This document shows positions 19,702 to 29,624 of a stretch of 64,000 nt of DNA, piece by piece. The notes beneath the pieces were generated by a model. It ran no database searches. It was given only the letters and a program-made list of their open reading frames with translations, and was not told the DNA's origin. The number at the start of each line of letters is the position of its first letter. The first letter of the stretch is position 1. The stretch is from NCBI GenBank assembly GCA_900314865.1, contig OMWW01000006.1, positions 21,828-85,827 on the forward strand, given 5' to 3'. Source of the DNA: an uncultured Erysipelotrichaceae bacterium (GTDB lineage Bacteria > Bacillota_I > Bacilli_A > RFN20 > CAG-826). A program made the translations under genes and the position numbers.

Positions 19702-20835
19702 ATGCCAATAAGTTCAAAAGATATCCGAAAACAAATAATCAGATATGTTATATATTTGATTTTTGTTTTATCTTTGACCGCTTTAGCGTTTTATCTCACG
19801 GTTGGAAAAAACGTTAATCTAATTTGGGAAACACTTAAAAGTGCGAATGTTTGGTATATAGTGGCGATCTTTATAATTGTTCTTGGCTGCATTTTAGCGA
19901 GATCAATTGTTGTCTATTTCTTAACCCGGATATTTGAAAAAGATTATTTCTTTCATAGAGCGATTGCGATTGATCAAGTTGGTTCTTTATATCGTATGGT
20001 GACTCCTGCAGGTTTAGGGGGGCATGTTATGGAAACCTATACCTACTATAAACAAGGTATAAGAGTTAGTAACGCTCTTTCCATTATTGCGATGTATTCT
20101 ATTGTCTATCAAGTAGTGTTAATCCTTTATGGATTAATCTCTATTATATGTAAACATCAAGTCATTAATGAGATTGGTTATATTTCTATCTCCTTTAATG
20201 GAGGAAGTAATAACGTTCCTTTATGGCTACTTATCTCAATCGGCTTTGCCTTTAACGTCCTTTCAATTGGCGTTATTCTTCTTATCTCTTATTGGAATGG
20301 CTTCTTTCGTTTCATTAGAGGTCCAATTGTGAGATTCCTTCATAAAATCAAACTCTTAAAAGAAGTGGAAAAACATCAAGAACATTTAGATGCGGCGGTC
20401 ATCAACTTTAGAAACAACTTAAAGACTTTATTTAAACATATTCCAACTTTACTCATCTGTATCGTCTTCTTTTTTATCTACATCACAATTTCTTACTCCG
20501 TTCCATATATCTGTGGTTTATCTTTAGGAAATGCATCAATGTATGCGAATTACTGGGATAGTGTGCTTCTATCTAACATCCATCAAATGGTGACTTGTAT
20601 CATTCCTATTCCAGGAAGTTCGGTGATATCCGAGATGTTCTTCCTTCAACTCTTCTCTCCTAGCGCTGGTCCTTCATTCTACGATAATGAGGTCATCGCT
20701 CGCGCATCATTACTCTTATGGAGAAGTTTGATGTTTATCTTCCCATTATTTATCGCATCCTTATATACGATTATTTATCGCCCAAGAAAGAGAAATAACA
20801 ATGAAAATCCAAAAGATCAAAATCTTGAAGAATAA
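19702..20835 (+). CDS. Flippase-like protein (lysylphosphatidylglycerol synthase TM / UPF0104)
   Basis: VTPAGLGG, IPIPGSSVISE and LLLWR motifs; multi-TM; no aminoacyl-transferase domain. Confidence 0.8.
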   Translation: MPISSKDIRKQIIRYVIYLIFVLSLTALAFYLTVGKNVNLIWETLKSANVWYIVAIFIIVLGCILARSIVVYFLTRIFEKDYFFHRAIAIDQVGSLYRMVTPAGLGGHVMETYTYYKQGIRVSNALSIIAMYSIVYQVVLILYGLISIICKHQVINEIGYISISFNGGSNNVPLWLLISIGFAFNVLSIGVILLISYWNGFFRFIRGPIVRFLHKIKLLKEVEKHQEHLDAAVINFRNNLKTLFKHIPTLLICIVFFFIYITISYSVPYICGLSLGNASMYANYWDSVLLSNIHQMVTCIIPIPGSSVISEMFFLQLFSPSAGPSFYDNEVIARASLLLWRSLMFIFPLFIASLYTIIYRPRKRNNNENPKDQNLEE

Positions 20836-21568
20836 AGTTGTGGTCTCTTTTGAAAAGGAGAAATTAGAGTTAGACAAAGAAGTCTACCCTAATTTTTATC
20901 TATATGAAGGAAAAGAAATTAGTCTTAAAGAATATAAAAGTATCAAAGAATATAACAATATCGCATCTTTACTCAAATACGCGATGCGTATTCGTCAAAA
21001 AAGTTTATATTCTGAATATGCCTTAAGAAGTAAATTATATGATAAAGGTGGAAATAAAAAAGAAGTAGATAAAGTGATATCAACCTTAAAAGGATATGAC
21101 CTAATTGATGATAAAGCTTTTGTCTTAGAGTATGTTGAATACTATAACTCTAAACTATACGGCAAAAATAAGATTATCCAGAAGTTAGAGGAAAAAGGAA
21201 TCTTTAAAGAGAATATTTCTAAATCATGTTTCTCCTTAAGTACCGAAAACAAAAAAGCAAAAGCGTTACTTCCTAAGCTTGAAAAGAAATATGAAAAATA
21301 TAACTTCAAAGAAAAGAAAGACCATATCTATCGCGCATATTTAGAGCAAGGTTATGATTTAGAGATCGCTTTAAAATACGTAGAGATGGTGAAAGAAAGT
21401 TCATCCATAGATGAAGAGGATAAACTCAAACGCGATTATGAGAAAGCCACGATTCGTTTATCTCGTAAATATAGTGGGAAAGAATTAAAAGAAAAAATCT
21501 TACAAGCGTTATTAACTAAAGGATATAAATTCAATATGATTTACCCCTTACTAGAAAGGAACAAATAA
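20801..21568 (+). CDS. recX: Regulatory protein RecX
   Basis: YSEYALRSKL, LIDDKAF, YGKNKIIQKLEEKGI and LLTKGY helical repeats; long Firmicutes form. Confidence 0.8.
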   Translation: MKIQKIKILKNKVVVSFEKEKLELDKEVYPNFYLYEGKEISLKEYKSIKEYNNIASLLKYAMRIRQKSLYSEYALRSKLYDKGGNKKEVDKVISTLKGYDLIDDKAFVLEYVEYYNSKLYGKNKIIQKLEEKGIFKENISKSCFSLSTENKKAKALLPKLEKKYEKYNFKEKKDHIYRAYLEQGYDLEIALKYVEMVKESSSIDEEDKLKRDYEKATIRLSRKYSGKELKEKILQALLTKGYKFNMIYPLLERNK

Positions 21569-21571
21569 TAT

Positions 21572-22504
21572 ATGCGATTAATTAAAGAATTAAATGACGG
21601 TGATCGTCTTATCATTCAAGCTTTAGTGGGCTCTGTTAATCAAGGGACCAATAAAAGTGGATCTCCATATCTAAATGTGGAATTAAGAGACTCTAGTGGC
21701 TCAATTAATAGCAAGAAATGGGAAGTTGAAGACAACGATTACGACACATTCGTGTCTGGTAATATTGTCGAAGTAATGATGGAAGTCATTAAATATAATG
21801 ACGCGCTTCAAGGAAAAATCATAAATGCGAAATTACTTAATAACGAACAAATCGATGTCGCTAGATTCATAAAAGCGCCACCTATAGCAAAAGAAGAATT
21901 AATTAGTAGATGGAATAACCTTGTTAACTCTATTAAAGATAAAGACTGCAAGGCTATCTTGGATTATTTTATTAAGAAATTTGGGGAGAAGATTTTTGTC
22001 GCTCCTGCAGCGGCCTCTGTCCATCACGAATTCTCAAGTGGATTATTGATGCACTCTGTCTCTTTAGCGGAGCACGCAGATTATTTCTCAAAATTCTATC
22101 ACGATATTAATCGTGACTTAATTGTGACAGGCGCATTACTCCATGACTTTGGTAAGATGATTGAATTAGTTGGTCCTGCGGTGTATCACTACTCAGTGGA
22201 AGGAAAACTACTTGGCCATATTTCCATTATGTGTGGAGAGTTAAGAATTGCTCAAAAAGAATTAGGAATCACAAGTGAAGTGCCTTTACTTCTTGAACAT
22301 ATTGTTCTTTCTCATCATGGACAATATGAATTCGGTTCTCCAGTTCTTCCATTAACTAGAGAAGCCTTATTAATCTCGATGATTGATAACCTTGATAGCA
22401 AGATGTTAGTCCTTGATAAAGCGTTAGAAGATGTGAAACCTGGTGAATTCACTCAAAAGATCTTCCCACTTGATAACAGAATGTTCTATAAACCCATTAA
22501 ATAG
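21572..22504 (+). CDS. yhaM: 3'-5' exoribonuclease YhaM (OB fold + HD domain)
   Basis: PAAASVHH, GLLMHS, LLHDFGK, EGKLLGHI, SHHGQYEFGSP and IDNLDSK. Confidence 0.92.
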   Translation: MRLIKELNDGDRLIIQALVGSVNQGTNKSGSPYLNVELRDSSGSINSKKWEVEDNDYDTFVSGNIVEVMMEVIKYNDALQGKIINAKLLNNEQIDVARFIKAPPIAKEELISRWNNLVNSIKDKDCKAILDYFIKKFGEKIFVAPAAASVHHEFSSGLLMHSVSLAEHADYFSKFYHDINRDLIVTGALLHDFGKMIELVGPAVYHYSVEGKLLGHISIMCGELRIAQKELGITSEVPLLLEHIVLSHHGQYEFGSPVLPLTREALLISMIDNLDSKMLVLDKALEDVKPGEFTQKIFPLDNRMFYKPIK

Positions 22505-22521
22505 ACTATTTAAGGCAAATT

Positions 22522-22559
22522 AAAAGGAGAAACGGCTAAACACTGGTTTCTCCTTTTTT
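22522..22559. terminator. Bidirectional intrinsic terminator
   Basis: AAAAGGAGAAAC..GTTTCTCCTTTT inverted repeat between convergent genes. Confidence 0.8.
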
Positions 22560-22565
22560 AGTGGC

Positions 22566-23036
22566 TTAGAATTCGATTTTGTAGAGTTTTTTGAACTCCG
22601 AATATTTGTCTTCAATATTTATATTGTTAATCTCAAATACTTCTATTATTGCGTCTTCAATTGGAAGAGAATGTAGAGTCCGATAATTGTTCTTTAATAA
22701 ACACGGCTTTATATAGTTATATAGAGTTGCGGAACTATACCCAGTTAAGTAAGATGCTGTGCGGTAGAAATAACCGATGTAATACATCACTGGATAGGAG
22801 AATAACTCTCCTTCTTTTTTGTTAATCTTCCCACTAATCGTATTGAATAGTTCAATCTCTGATATTCCCGATATATCAAGATTTAAATCATCGATATATT
22901 TCACTTCTTGAGACAGCATATATGAACGGATGAATTTTTTTGATGGTAGACCTGAAGCAACACTGTTTTCAAAGATACGAGCCTGAGACTCCGCTAAAGA
23001 GTGGGAAAGAGAATCAACACTTCTTAAAAATTTCAT
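22566..23036 (-). CDS. Hypothetical partner (putative antitoxin) of the DUF3990 protein
   Basis: 156 aa; overlaps the upstream gene. QARIFE..SKKFIRSYM..YYIGYFYR..YRTLHSL resembles typical DUF3990 partners. Confidence 0.6.
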   Translation of the reverse strand: MKFLRSVDSLSHSLAESQARIFENSVASGLPSKKFIRSYMLSQEVKYIDDLNLDISGISEIELFNTISGKINKKEGELFSYPVMYYIGYFYRTASYLTGYSSATLYNYIKPCLLKNNYRTLHSLPIEDAIIEVFEINNINIEDKYSEFKKLYKIEF

Positions 23037-23877
23037 CGATGTATTTTCCTTTTCTTCGATATTTTTCTATTGATAAAGCAGCTTTATTTCTACCTTGATT
23101 TGAGGTTGTGGTTTTAGTATTTAGATAGTCTTCTTTTTCTTTCTCACAGATAAACATTCTTTCGATTAACATTAAGTTATTGATTGCTTTTTGGCTTTTG
23201 AAAACATATTGTTTTCCTAAATTGTTAGCACTTAAAGCGTGAAGACATTGTTCATCAGTAATCTTTCTTAACCCAAAAGCAGTTAAAGTATCATACATTT
23301 GATTATCCGCGATTGGGGCGATGATATAATCGATGTCTTTTAATTCATTAACGATATTAAGAACTTCTTCATTAGGAATATAGTCTTTAAACATTCCTCT
23401 AAAATATAGAATCGCGTACATCCATTCTCTATCAACTTTGAATTCTTTATATTTCAATTTCTTGTGGTTCTTGAAGAAGAAAGAATATATAGAGCCAGTA
23501 GGATATTCACAAATCCAAGAAGCAGAAGAATCAAAGCTATCTCCTAGATAGAAGCCCGCTCCAAAATCTTTTGTCCCATTTAAATGATGAGGATCAAGAT
23601 CACCTTTGATTTCGTATTTTGCTCCATGGAAAAGTAAGAGATTATCTTTTTTGTTATCTAAGAAGAGCATCTCTTTTGCTTTGTTTAAATAGAAGTTCTT
23701 TTTATAAGGATAGGAATATATCTTTTCTAACGCTGAATCATGAGGAAAAGTTTCTTCGCCTTCGTATCTAGCGATATTCGATCTTGATAGACCGATTTCT
23801 CTAGCAAACTTACTTTGAGTGAGGTTGAAGAGTTTTCTGATTGTTTGAATATCTTTTTTAACGTTGAATGTTTTCAT
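23014..23877 (-). CDS. XRE-family HTH fused to DUF3990 (ADP-ribosyltransferase-like) domain
   Basis: LTQSKFAREIGLSRSNIARYE is an HTH; LFHGA..DFGAGFYL..DYIIAPIADN..QYVFKSQKA is the DUF3990 pattern. Confidence 0.8.
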   Translation of the reverse strand: MKTFNVKKDIQTIRKLFNLTQSKFAREIGLSRSNIARYEGEETFPHDSALEKIYSYPYKKNFYLNKAKEMLFLDNKKDNLLLFHGAKYEIKGDLDPHHLNGTKDFGAGFYLGDSFDSSASWICEYPTGSIYSFFFKNHKKLKYKEFKVDREWMYAILYFRGMFKDYIPNEEVLNIVNELKDIDYIIAPIADNQMYDTLTAFGLRKITDEQCLHALSANNLGKQYVFKSQKAINNLMLIERMFICEKEKEDYLNTKTTTSNQGRNKAALSIEKYRRKGKYIDEIFKKC

Positions 23878-23883
23878 AAACAA

Positions 23884-23912
23884 ATTGTAGCAAATGCTAC
23901 ATTTTATTTCAA
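23884..23912 (-). promoter_or_regulatory. Sigma-A promoter overlapped by a palindromic operator
   Basis: Minus strand TTGAAA-17-TACAAT with TG extension, 6 nt before ATG 23877. Palindrome TGTAGCA-AA-TGCTACA at 23886-23901. Confidence 0.7.
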
Positions 23913-23994
23913 TTGCCTACTTTATCTACGTATTATTATAGCTTTGCTATAATGTTGTGATTCAATTTGTAGCAAGTGGGTTTTTAAATATGAA

Positions 23995-24031
23995 AAAATA
24001 CCTCTTTCCAAGGTCCGGATTGAGGTATTTT
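23995..24031 (-). terminator. Probable terminator after hit
   Basis: AAAATACCTC..GAGGTATTTT inverted repeat with a T-tract on the minus strand. Confidence 0.55.
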
Positions 24032-24037
24032 GACTAC

Positions 24038-24451
24038 TTAGATGAGTTCTTTTTTGATTTGTTTCGCAAGCGCTGGAAGGTTTAGATCTTCGGTGTTTTG
24101 TTTCATCTCTAAGATAAAGCCTTCATTTCCTTCATAGCGAGGAATGACGTGGACATGGAAATGCATGACGGTTTGTCCTGCGGCGGGATAACAGTTAGTG
24201 AGAATATTCACGCCTTTCGCATTTAAGTATTTGATATCTACTTGGCCAATCCTTTGAGCGACATCCATGACTTTGTGCATTTCTTCTTGAGGGATGGTTA
24301 GGAAGTTATCGTAATGTTTCTTTGAGACCACTAAAGCGTGTCCTTTAGTAACTTGAGAAATGTCTAAGAATGCGAGAACATCATCATCCTCATATAATTT
24401 GTGACATGGAATTTCTCCATCAATAATTTTACAGAAAATATCTTTTTCCAT
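24038..24451 (-). CDS. hit: HIT family nucleotide hydrolase
   Basis: IFCKII.GEIP, AFLDI..GH and AGQTVMHFHVHVIPR (histidine triad). Confidence 0.95.
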   Translation of the reverse strand: MEKDIFCKIIDGEIPCHKLYEDDDVLAFLDISQVTKGHALVVSKKHYDNFLTIPQEEMHKVMDVAQRIGQVDIKYLNAKGVNILTNCYPAAGQTVMHFHVHVIPRYEGNEGFILEMKQNTEDLNLPALAKQIKKELI

Positions 24452-24544
24452 TTATATCACCTTCTATCATTCTCATTTTAATAATGAGAGAGTCTTTTTT
24501 CAAACAAAAACCAGATAGAATTTATCTACCTGGTTGATTGCGTC

Positions 24545-26560
24545 TTATTTGAATAAGTCTGGGTAATTGTCCTTGAAGTAATTAAGGATCACTTGGTCGT
24601 GATAGAAGAGAGACATCTTCTTTAACCAGTATTCCTTACTTAAGGATGAATAGCTACCAGTTTCCGCGACTTTCTTAGAGACTTCTTCAATAATTTCTTG
24701 AAGGACTTTAGTGCCTCTAGTTGTGGAATAGGAGTAGTCACCTTTACTTCTAAGCTTATTATCTCTAACAGCTTCGATGACTTGGACTACATAGTAGGCA
24801 TCGCTATCACGGTACATGATGTCGCCACCAAATGGTTCATTACTTTCGATGTTGTTACCATCAAATTTGAGGAAGTAAGCACCATTAATTGAGCAGAGAT
24901 ATTTACTTTCGTTAACATCTAAGGTGGTTCTTATTTTGTATTCGTGGTTAGCGTCTTCTTGGAATCTATCTTTTGTTTTTAAGGTTTGATAGTTTTCTTT
25001 GATGATTTCTGGATCAGTACCATCACCGACTTCCATTTTCGCGTTACCAACTGTAGCGGTGAATAATCTCTTATTGATTTCACCAGCGCTATCTAAAGAT
25101 GGTTGAGAAGATTGAATGTACCAATCTTTGAAGATGGTCTTATTTTGGTCAAGTTTGACTTTTTCTCTTCTTAAACCTTCTTCAGCAGAGATCTTACCTT
25201 TATCGGTGAATTTGTCCGCTAAAGTGGCGTCATAATCATCGTAGGTGGTGTTAGCCAAGAAATCATTATAGTCTGTCATAAGATCGCCGTATTTGGTGTT
25301 TTCATAGAAATCACCATCATCGGATTTCTTATAGATATCACTACCAGTTGCTTGAATGTTTTCCATAATGGAAACGATGTATTTTTCAGTAGTGGTTCTT
25401 TCATCTTCTGCTTTAGCTTGAGCAGCAGTGATGACATCGTATTGACCTTTATTAATTGTTGCGTAGGCATCAAATAATTGATCGTAGTAATCAGTAATGA
25501 CTTCTGGGTCTGTTCTAAGTTCACCAGTTGGGACGACATCATCAGAATAATATAAACGGTTGATGAGGTCTTTAGCTAACGCATCAGCGTTATTGGTGAA
25601 ATCAGAATATCTTTCAAGTTTGAGAACATTGATCTTTCTAGCACGGCTATCTCTAACAACAGAGATTTGTTCGTCTAAAAGATATTGTTCTACTAATAAA
25701 TCCTTATAAACATCTGGGATGATTTTATCTTGGATGTAAGTGAATTCACCTTTTTGATAGAAATCTTTGTGGAGTAATCCATTAGGATTGGTATCAGTGA
25801 TGAATAAGTCTTTCTTTTCAAGGGCGTAGTCCACTAAGACGAGTGGGAGTTTATCAACAATAACTCCGCCTTCTTCGTGATAACGGAGATCTCTAGCGCT
25901 TGCAAAGTCAACTTTGTTGTCACTATCTTTATATAAAGATTTAACGTATTCGTATTCGTCAAAGAAGTTATTGCTTGTAGCACTGGAACCAGTGACTTTA
26001 GAATATAAAGCTTCTTTAACACGGAGTTCGATGGCTTCGAATTTGGACTCTAAGGTCTTTCTTTCAAAGTCAGAGACTGGCCAATCTGGTTTTGTGTCAT
26101 CGACTTCTTTATCATCATCGTCGATGTGTTTTCCATCAGCGTCTCTTTTCCAGTAAACTTTGTGTTCTCTGATGAACATATCAATTACTTCGTGAGAGGC
26201 ACTTGAGGCATCGGCATAAGCTTCGCTTAGGGTGATGTAGGTATCACCGTAATCTTTAGCGGTGACTTTGTCATATGAACCATAGATACTTTCAGCGTAT
26301 TTGACTAAGACTTTTTCTAACACTCTGGTTTTGGCTTCACCGTCATGCATTGCATCGACGATGATCTTCATGATGTTGTTATAAATGTCTTTAGAATGTT
26401 CTTTGCCTTCAGCATCAGTAATGGTGATGACAGCATCGTTATAGTTATGTGGTTTAGCGTAAATGGCATCCGCGGATGTATCTTCGCTACCACAGCTAGC
26501 TAAAGCAAGTACTCCAAGCAATGAAAGAACTGCTAATTTAGGAAATTTCTTATTTGGCAT
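24545..26560 (-). CDS. Large acidic lipoprotein of unknown function
   Basis: MPNKKFPKLAVLSLLGVLALASC carries a lipobox; AGGAGGAG SD before ATG 26560; 11-nt overlap with the upstream gene. Confidence 0.8.
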   Translation of the reverse strand: MPNKKFPKLAVLSLLGVLALASCGSEDTSADAIYAKPHNYNDAVITITDAEGKEHSKDIYNNIMKIIVDAMHDGEAKTRVLEKVLVKYAESIYGSYDKVTAKDYGDTYITLSEAYADASSASHEVIDMFIREHKVYWKRDADGKHIDDDDKEVDDTKPDWPVSDFERKTLESKFEAIELRVKEALYSKVTGSSATSNNFFDEYEYVKSLYKDSDNKVDFASARDLRYHEEGGVIVDKLPLVLVDYALEKKDLFITDTNPNGLLHKDFYQKGEFTYIQDKIIPDVYKDLLVEQYLLDEQISVVRDSRARKINVLKLERYSDFTNNADALAKDLINRLYYSDDVVPTGELRTDPEVITDYYDQLFDAYATINKGQYDVITAAQAKAEDERTTTEKYIVSIMENIQATGSDIYKKSDDGDFYENTKYGDLMTDYNDFLANTTYDDYDATLADKFTDKGKISAEEGLRREKVKLDQNKTIFKDWYIQSSQPSLDSAGEINKRLFTATVGNAKMEVGDGTDPEIIKENYQTLKTKDRFQEDANHEYKIRTTLDVNESKYLCSINGAYFLKFDGNNIESNEPFGGDIMYRDSDAYYVVQVIEAVRDNKLRSKGDYSYSTTRGTKVLQEIIEEVSKKVAETGSYSSLSKEYWLKKMSLFYHDQVILNYFKDNYPDLFK

Positions 26561-28616
26561 AATATTCTCCTCCTTCTTGGAATTCTTTTCTAGCGGCTTC
26601 AACAGTGGTTTTATCATAGCCTGGATCTGTTGGTTTTAAGTTCGCGGTCATCCATGTTTGAACGGCCTTGTTACTTAATAAGGCGCCTGTAATACTTCTT
26701 AAGTAGTTTTGGCTCTTGAGTTGTTTGATGTAATCTTCCCAAGAGGAATTGATACTTTCGAGGTTGGATTCAAATTTGTTTGCTCTTAATTTAGCGATAT
26801 TCGCTTTAATGTTTTTAGAAACAGTAGCTCCTTCAGAGGAATCAAACCATGTGATCTTATCTTCGCCGATTTCTTCAATCATTGTTTCATAAACACGATA
26901 ATCGTAAGCAGCGTCAAATGTATCACCGGAATCAGAACCACTGAGTTTGTTTTTGATAGTGTCTGCTCTATTTGTATAGTAGGAAGGATCGTTCTTATTT
27001 TCCCAGTTAACATAGCTCATTTCTGGGTAATCGGCGGAAGAGCCTGGAACTTCTACTGTGTAATAGTCTTGTAATGAGACTTCGGATTTTGGTTTAACTG
27101 TTTTTGATCCGTCATCTTCAGTAACAGTGTAATTTGTAACATCGTTAGTGCCTTTGAAGACGGACTTTCTCATAACCATGAAGTGAATTCCATAGGATGA
27201 ACGAACACCGATGATAACATCGTTATTCTTATCTGTGAGGATTCCAACTTTGTTGGATTCACTGTCAAGCTTATTAAAGTTAGGAATAATGTCGGTTTGG
27301 AAGTTATCAGCAAGTTTTAAATCACCACTATTAAAGTTATGAACTTTGGTAGAGACTTTGCCGTCAACATCTAAACTTTCAATATCTTCATTTGTAATAA
27401 CAAATGGGGAACGGAAGTTTAAGAATTGATTGAAGATAACGTTACGTGGATAGACGGATTCACCGGAATCCATTTTAAAGTTAGCTTCATCTTCTTCAGC
27501 GTATTGACCTAATTTTCTAAAGACATCGTATGGAACAGAAGCGATACCTTCAAATTTGTCGGTATCTGCATAACCACTGATGGCGGTCTTGACATCTTCG
27601 ACCATTTCTTTTTCAACTAAGTCGACGACTTTTTCTTCTTTAATAGAACTGTGGCTACCATCAATATCGGTTGTTCCAACTTTGACAGTTGCATCGCTAT
27701 CTAAGCCAAAGGCTTGGTAAATTTCATCATTATCGGCATCTTCAGCGTTTACACCACTTAATAAGGCGTCATAAGCGTAAATACCAAGTTTGAATTCATT
27801 AACAAAGCTTGTTTGGGTGGACATAATTCCAGCATCACCGTAATCGGAAGCGGAACTATCTTCACTTTCTTGGAAGGCAACTTCTTCAAAGGAATAAGAA
27901 CCATCGATTAATTTACGAACTGTAGCCCAAAGTTTTTTGGCTTCAGATTCGCTGATCTTTGCACGGCTATAATCGTCCGCGTCTGCGCTTAATTTAACTA
28001 AGACGTGGAGGATGTGATATGGGAATACGGAACTGTATTCTTGATCTCCGCCTTGCTCTAAACTACTCCATGTAGAATCAACACCGATGTATTGATCTTT
28101 GAGGGTAGGTAAGTTTTTCTTTAAATACCAATCGTTGAGCGCTTCTTTTTCAAGTTCATAAATGAAATGTTGCTTTAATCCGTTAAGATCTGAGACATTG
28201 AATGACTTATAGATCTTATCCATTTCTGCATCATAATCACCGTCTGAACCAGCATTATCGCTAGCGACTTGTTGTTGGGCACTGACTTTGTCATTAGCTT
28301 CTTTTTCAATAGAAGTATACGCTCTTAATTCTTGGTCTTTTTCACTTAAACCTTTATATTCATAACGGATTAAGGATTCAAGAACTGCGTTATAGAACAA
28401 AGTGGTACCTGCAGAATCATTGCCATACTCGCTATAGAACTTATCAATATTGATTTCAATTTTTTCGGATGAGCTATTATATCCGATGAAATCAACGATT
28501 GAGGTACTACTTTCAGAGATGCGAACTGTTTCAGTAGTTTCATCTCCACAAGAAGTTAAAGCGAGAGCAGCGATGAAACTAGTAACTAAACCAAGTGAGA
28601 TTTTGTTTTTCTTCAT
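26550..28616 (-). CDS. Large lipoprotein with parvulin-like PPIase motifs (PrsA-like foldase)
   Basis: Lipobox LALTSC. HVLVKL..SFEEVAFQESEDSSASDYGDAG..FVNEF and SSYGIHFM match split parvulin motifs. Lies near hit and yhaM, as prsA does in Bacillus. Confidence 0.65.
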   Translation of the reverse strand: MKKNKISLGLVTSFIAALALTSCGDETTETVRISESSTSIVDFIGYNSSSEKIEINIDKFYSEYGNDSAGTTLFYNAVLESLIRYEYKGLSEKDQELRAYTSIEKEANDKVSAQQQVASDNAGSDGDYDAEMDKIYKSFNVSDLNGLKQHFIYELEKEALNDWYLKKNLPTLKDQYIGVDSTWSSLEQGGDQEYSSVFPYHILHVLVKLSADADDYSRAKISESEAKKLWATVRKLIDGSYSFEEVAFQESEDSSASDYGDAGIMSTQTSFVNEFKLGIYAYDALLSGVNAEDADNDEIYQAFGLDSDATVKVGTTDIDGSHSSIKEEKVVDLVEKEMVEDVKTAISGYADTDKFEGIASVPYDVFRKLGQYAEEDEANFKMDSGESVYPRNVIFNQFLNFRSPFVITNEDIESLDVDGKVSTKVHNFNSGDLKLADNFQTDIIPNFNKLDSESNKVGILTDKNNDVIIGVRSSYGIHFMVMRKSVFKGTNDVTNYTVTEDDGSKTVKPKSEVSLQDYYTVEVPGSSADYPEMSYVNWENKNDPSYYTNRADTIKNKLSGSDSGDTFDAAYDYRVYETMIEEIGEDKITWFDSSEGATVSKNIKANIAKLRANKFESNLESINSSWEDYIKQLKSQNYLRSITGALLSNKAVQTWMTANLKPTDPGYDKTTVEAARKEFQEGGEYYAK

Positions 28617-28801
28617 CTTGCTTTTTCTCCTTTTCTAAAATACATAGCGAGTATATTTTACTCACATACAAATACGCGTGCAATAATAATTTTAATTATT
28701 TCGTACGTATATAGGCTCATATGCGAACCAAATTTTCTTATTATATTATTTGATATTGCTTCATTTAAGGTTTTAAAATATTACGGCGTTGAGGTAGAGA
28801 T

Positions 28802-29623
28802 ATGGCTACACTAAAAATCAAAGATCTTCACGTTGAAGTCGAAGGAAAAGAAATTCTTAAAGGCGTTACTTGTAATATCTCAGAAGGAGAAACAGTCGCT
28901 CTTTTAGGTCCGAATGGACATGGCAAATCCACATTATTAAATGTTATTATGGGACATCCTCGTTATAAAATAACGAGTGGCACCATATACCTTGATGATA
29001 TCAATCTTACCAATATGAGCACTGATGAACGTGCAAAAGCAGGTTTATTTTTAGCATTACAAAACCCTGCAGAAGTTCCAGGTGTCATCAATAGTGATTT
29101 CCTTAGAGCGGCAGTCAACGCGACCAGTGAAGAAAAAATCTCTACATACAAGTTTTATAAAATGTTAGACGGGGCGACTAAAGAATTAAAAATGCCATTT
29201 GATTTAGCTACCAGAAGTCTTAATGAAGGATTTTCTGGAGGAGAAAAGAAGAGAAATGAGATTCTTCAACTTCTTTTACTCAATCCAAAAATCGCAATGT
29301 TAGATGAAATTGACTCTGGTTTAGACGTTGATGCGATTCAAGTTGTCGCTGATGTTATTAACAAAGAAGAAAACAAAGGAATGGGATTTTTAGTCATCTC
29401 TCACTATGCGAGATTATTTGATTTAATCCAACCTACAAGAGCGTTAGTGATGATTAATGGACGTATCGTTTTAGATGGTGACAAATCACTCATTAAACGC
29501 ATTGATCAAAACGGTTATGAATTTATTAAAACTGAGTTAGGTATTTCTATTGAAAAAGAGCAAGCTCAAATGAACGAAGTTTCTATTGGTAGCTGTGCGG
29601 TAAAAGAAGCGATTAAAAAGTAA
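28802..29623 (+). CDS. sufC: Fe-S cluster assembly ATPase SufC
   Basis: GPNGHGKST, LNEGFSGGEKKRNEILQ and LDEIDSGLDVDA. Confidence 0.96.
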   Translation: MATLKIKDLHVEVEGKEILKGVTCNISEGETVALLGPNGHGKSTLLNVIMGHPRYKITSGTIYLDDINLTNMSTDERAKAGLFLALQNPAEVPGVINSDFLRAAVNATSEEKISTYKFYKMLDGATKELKMPFDLATRSLNEGFSGGEKKRNEILQLLLLNPKIAMLDEIDSGLDVDAIQVVADVINKEENKGMGFLVISHYARLFDLIQPTRALVMINGRIVLDGDKSLIKRIDQNGYEFIKTELGISIEKEQAQMNEVSIGSCAVKEAIKK

Positions 29624-29624
29624 T

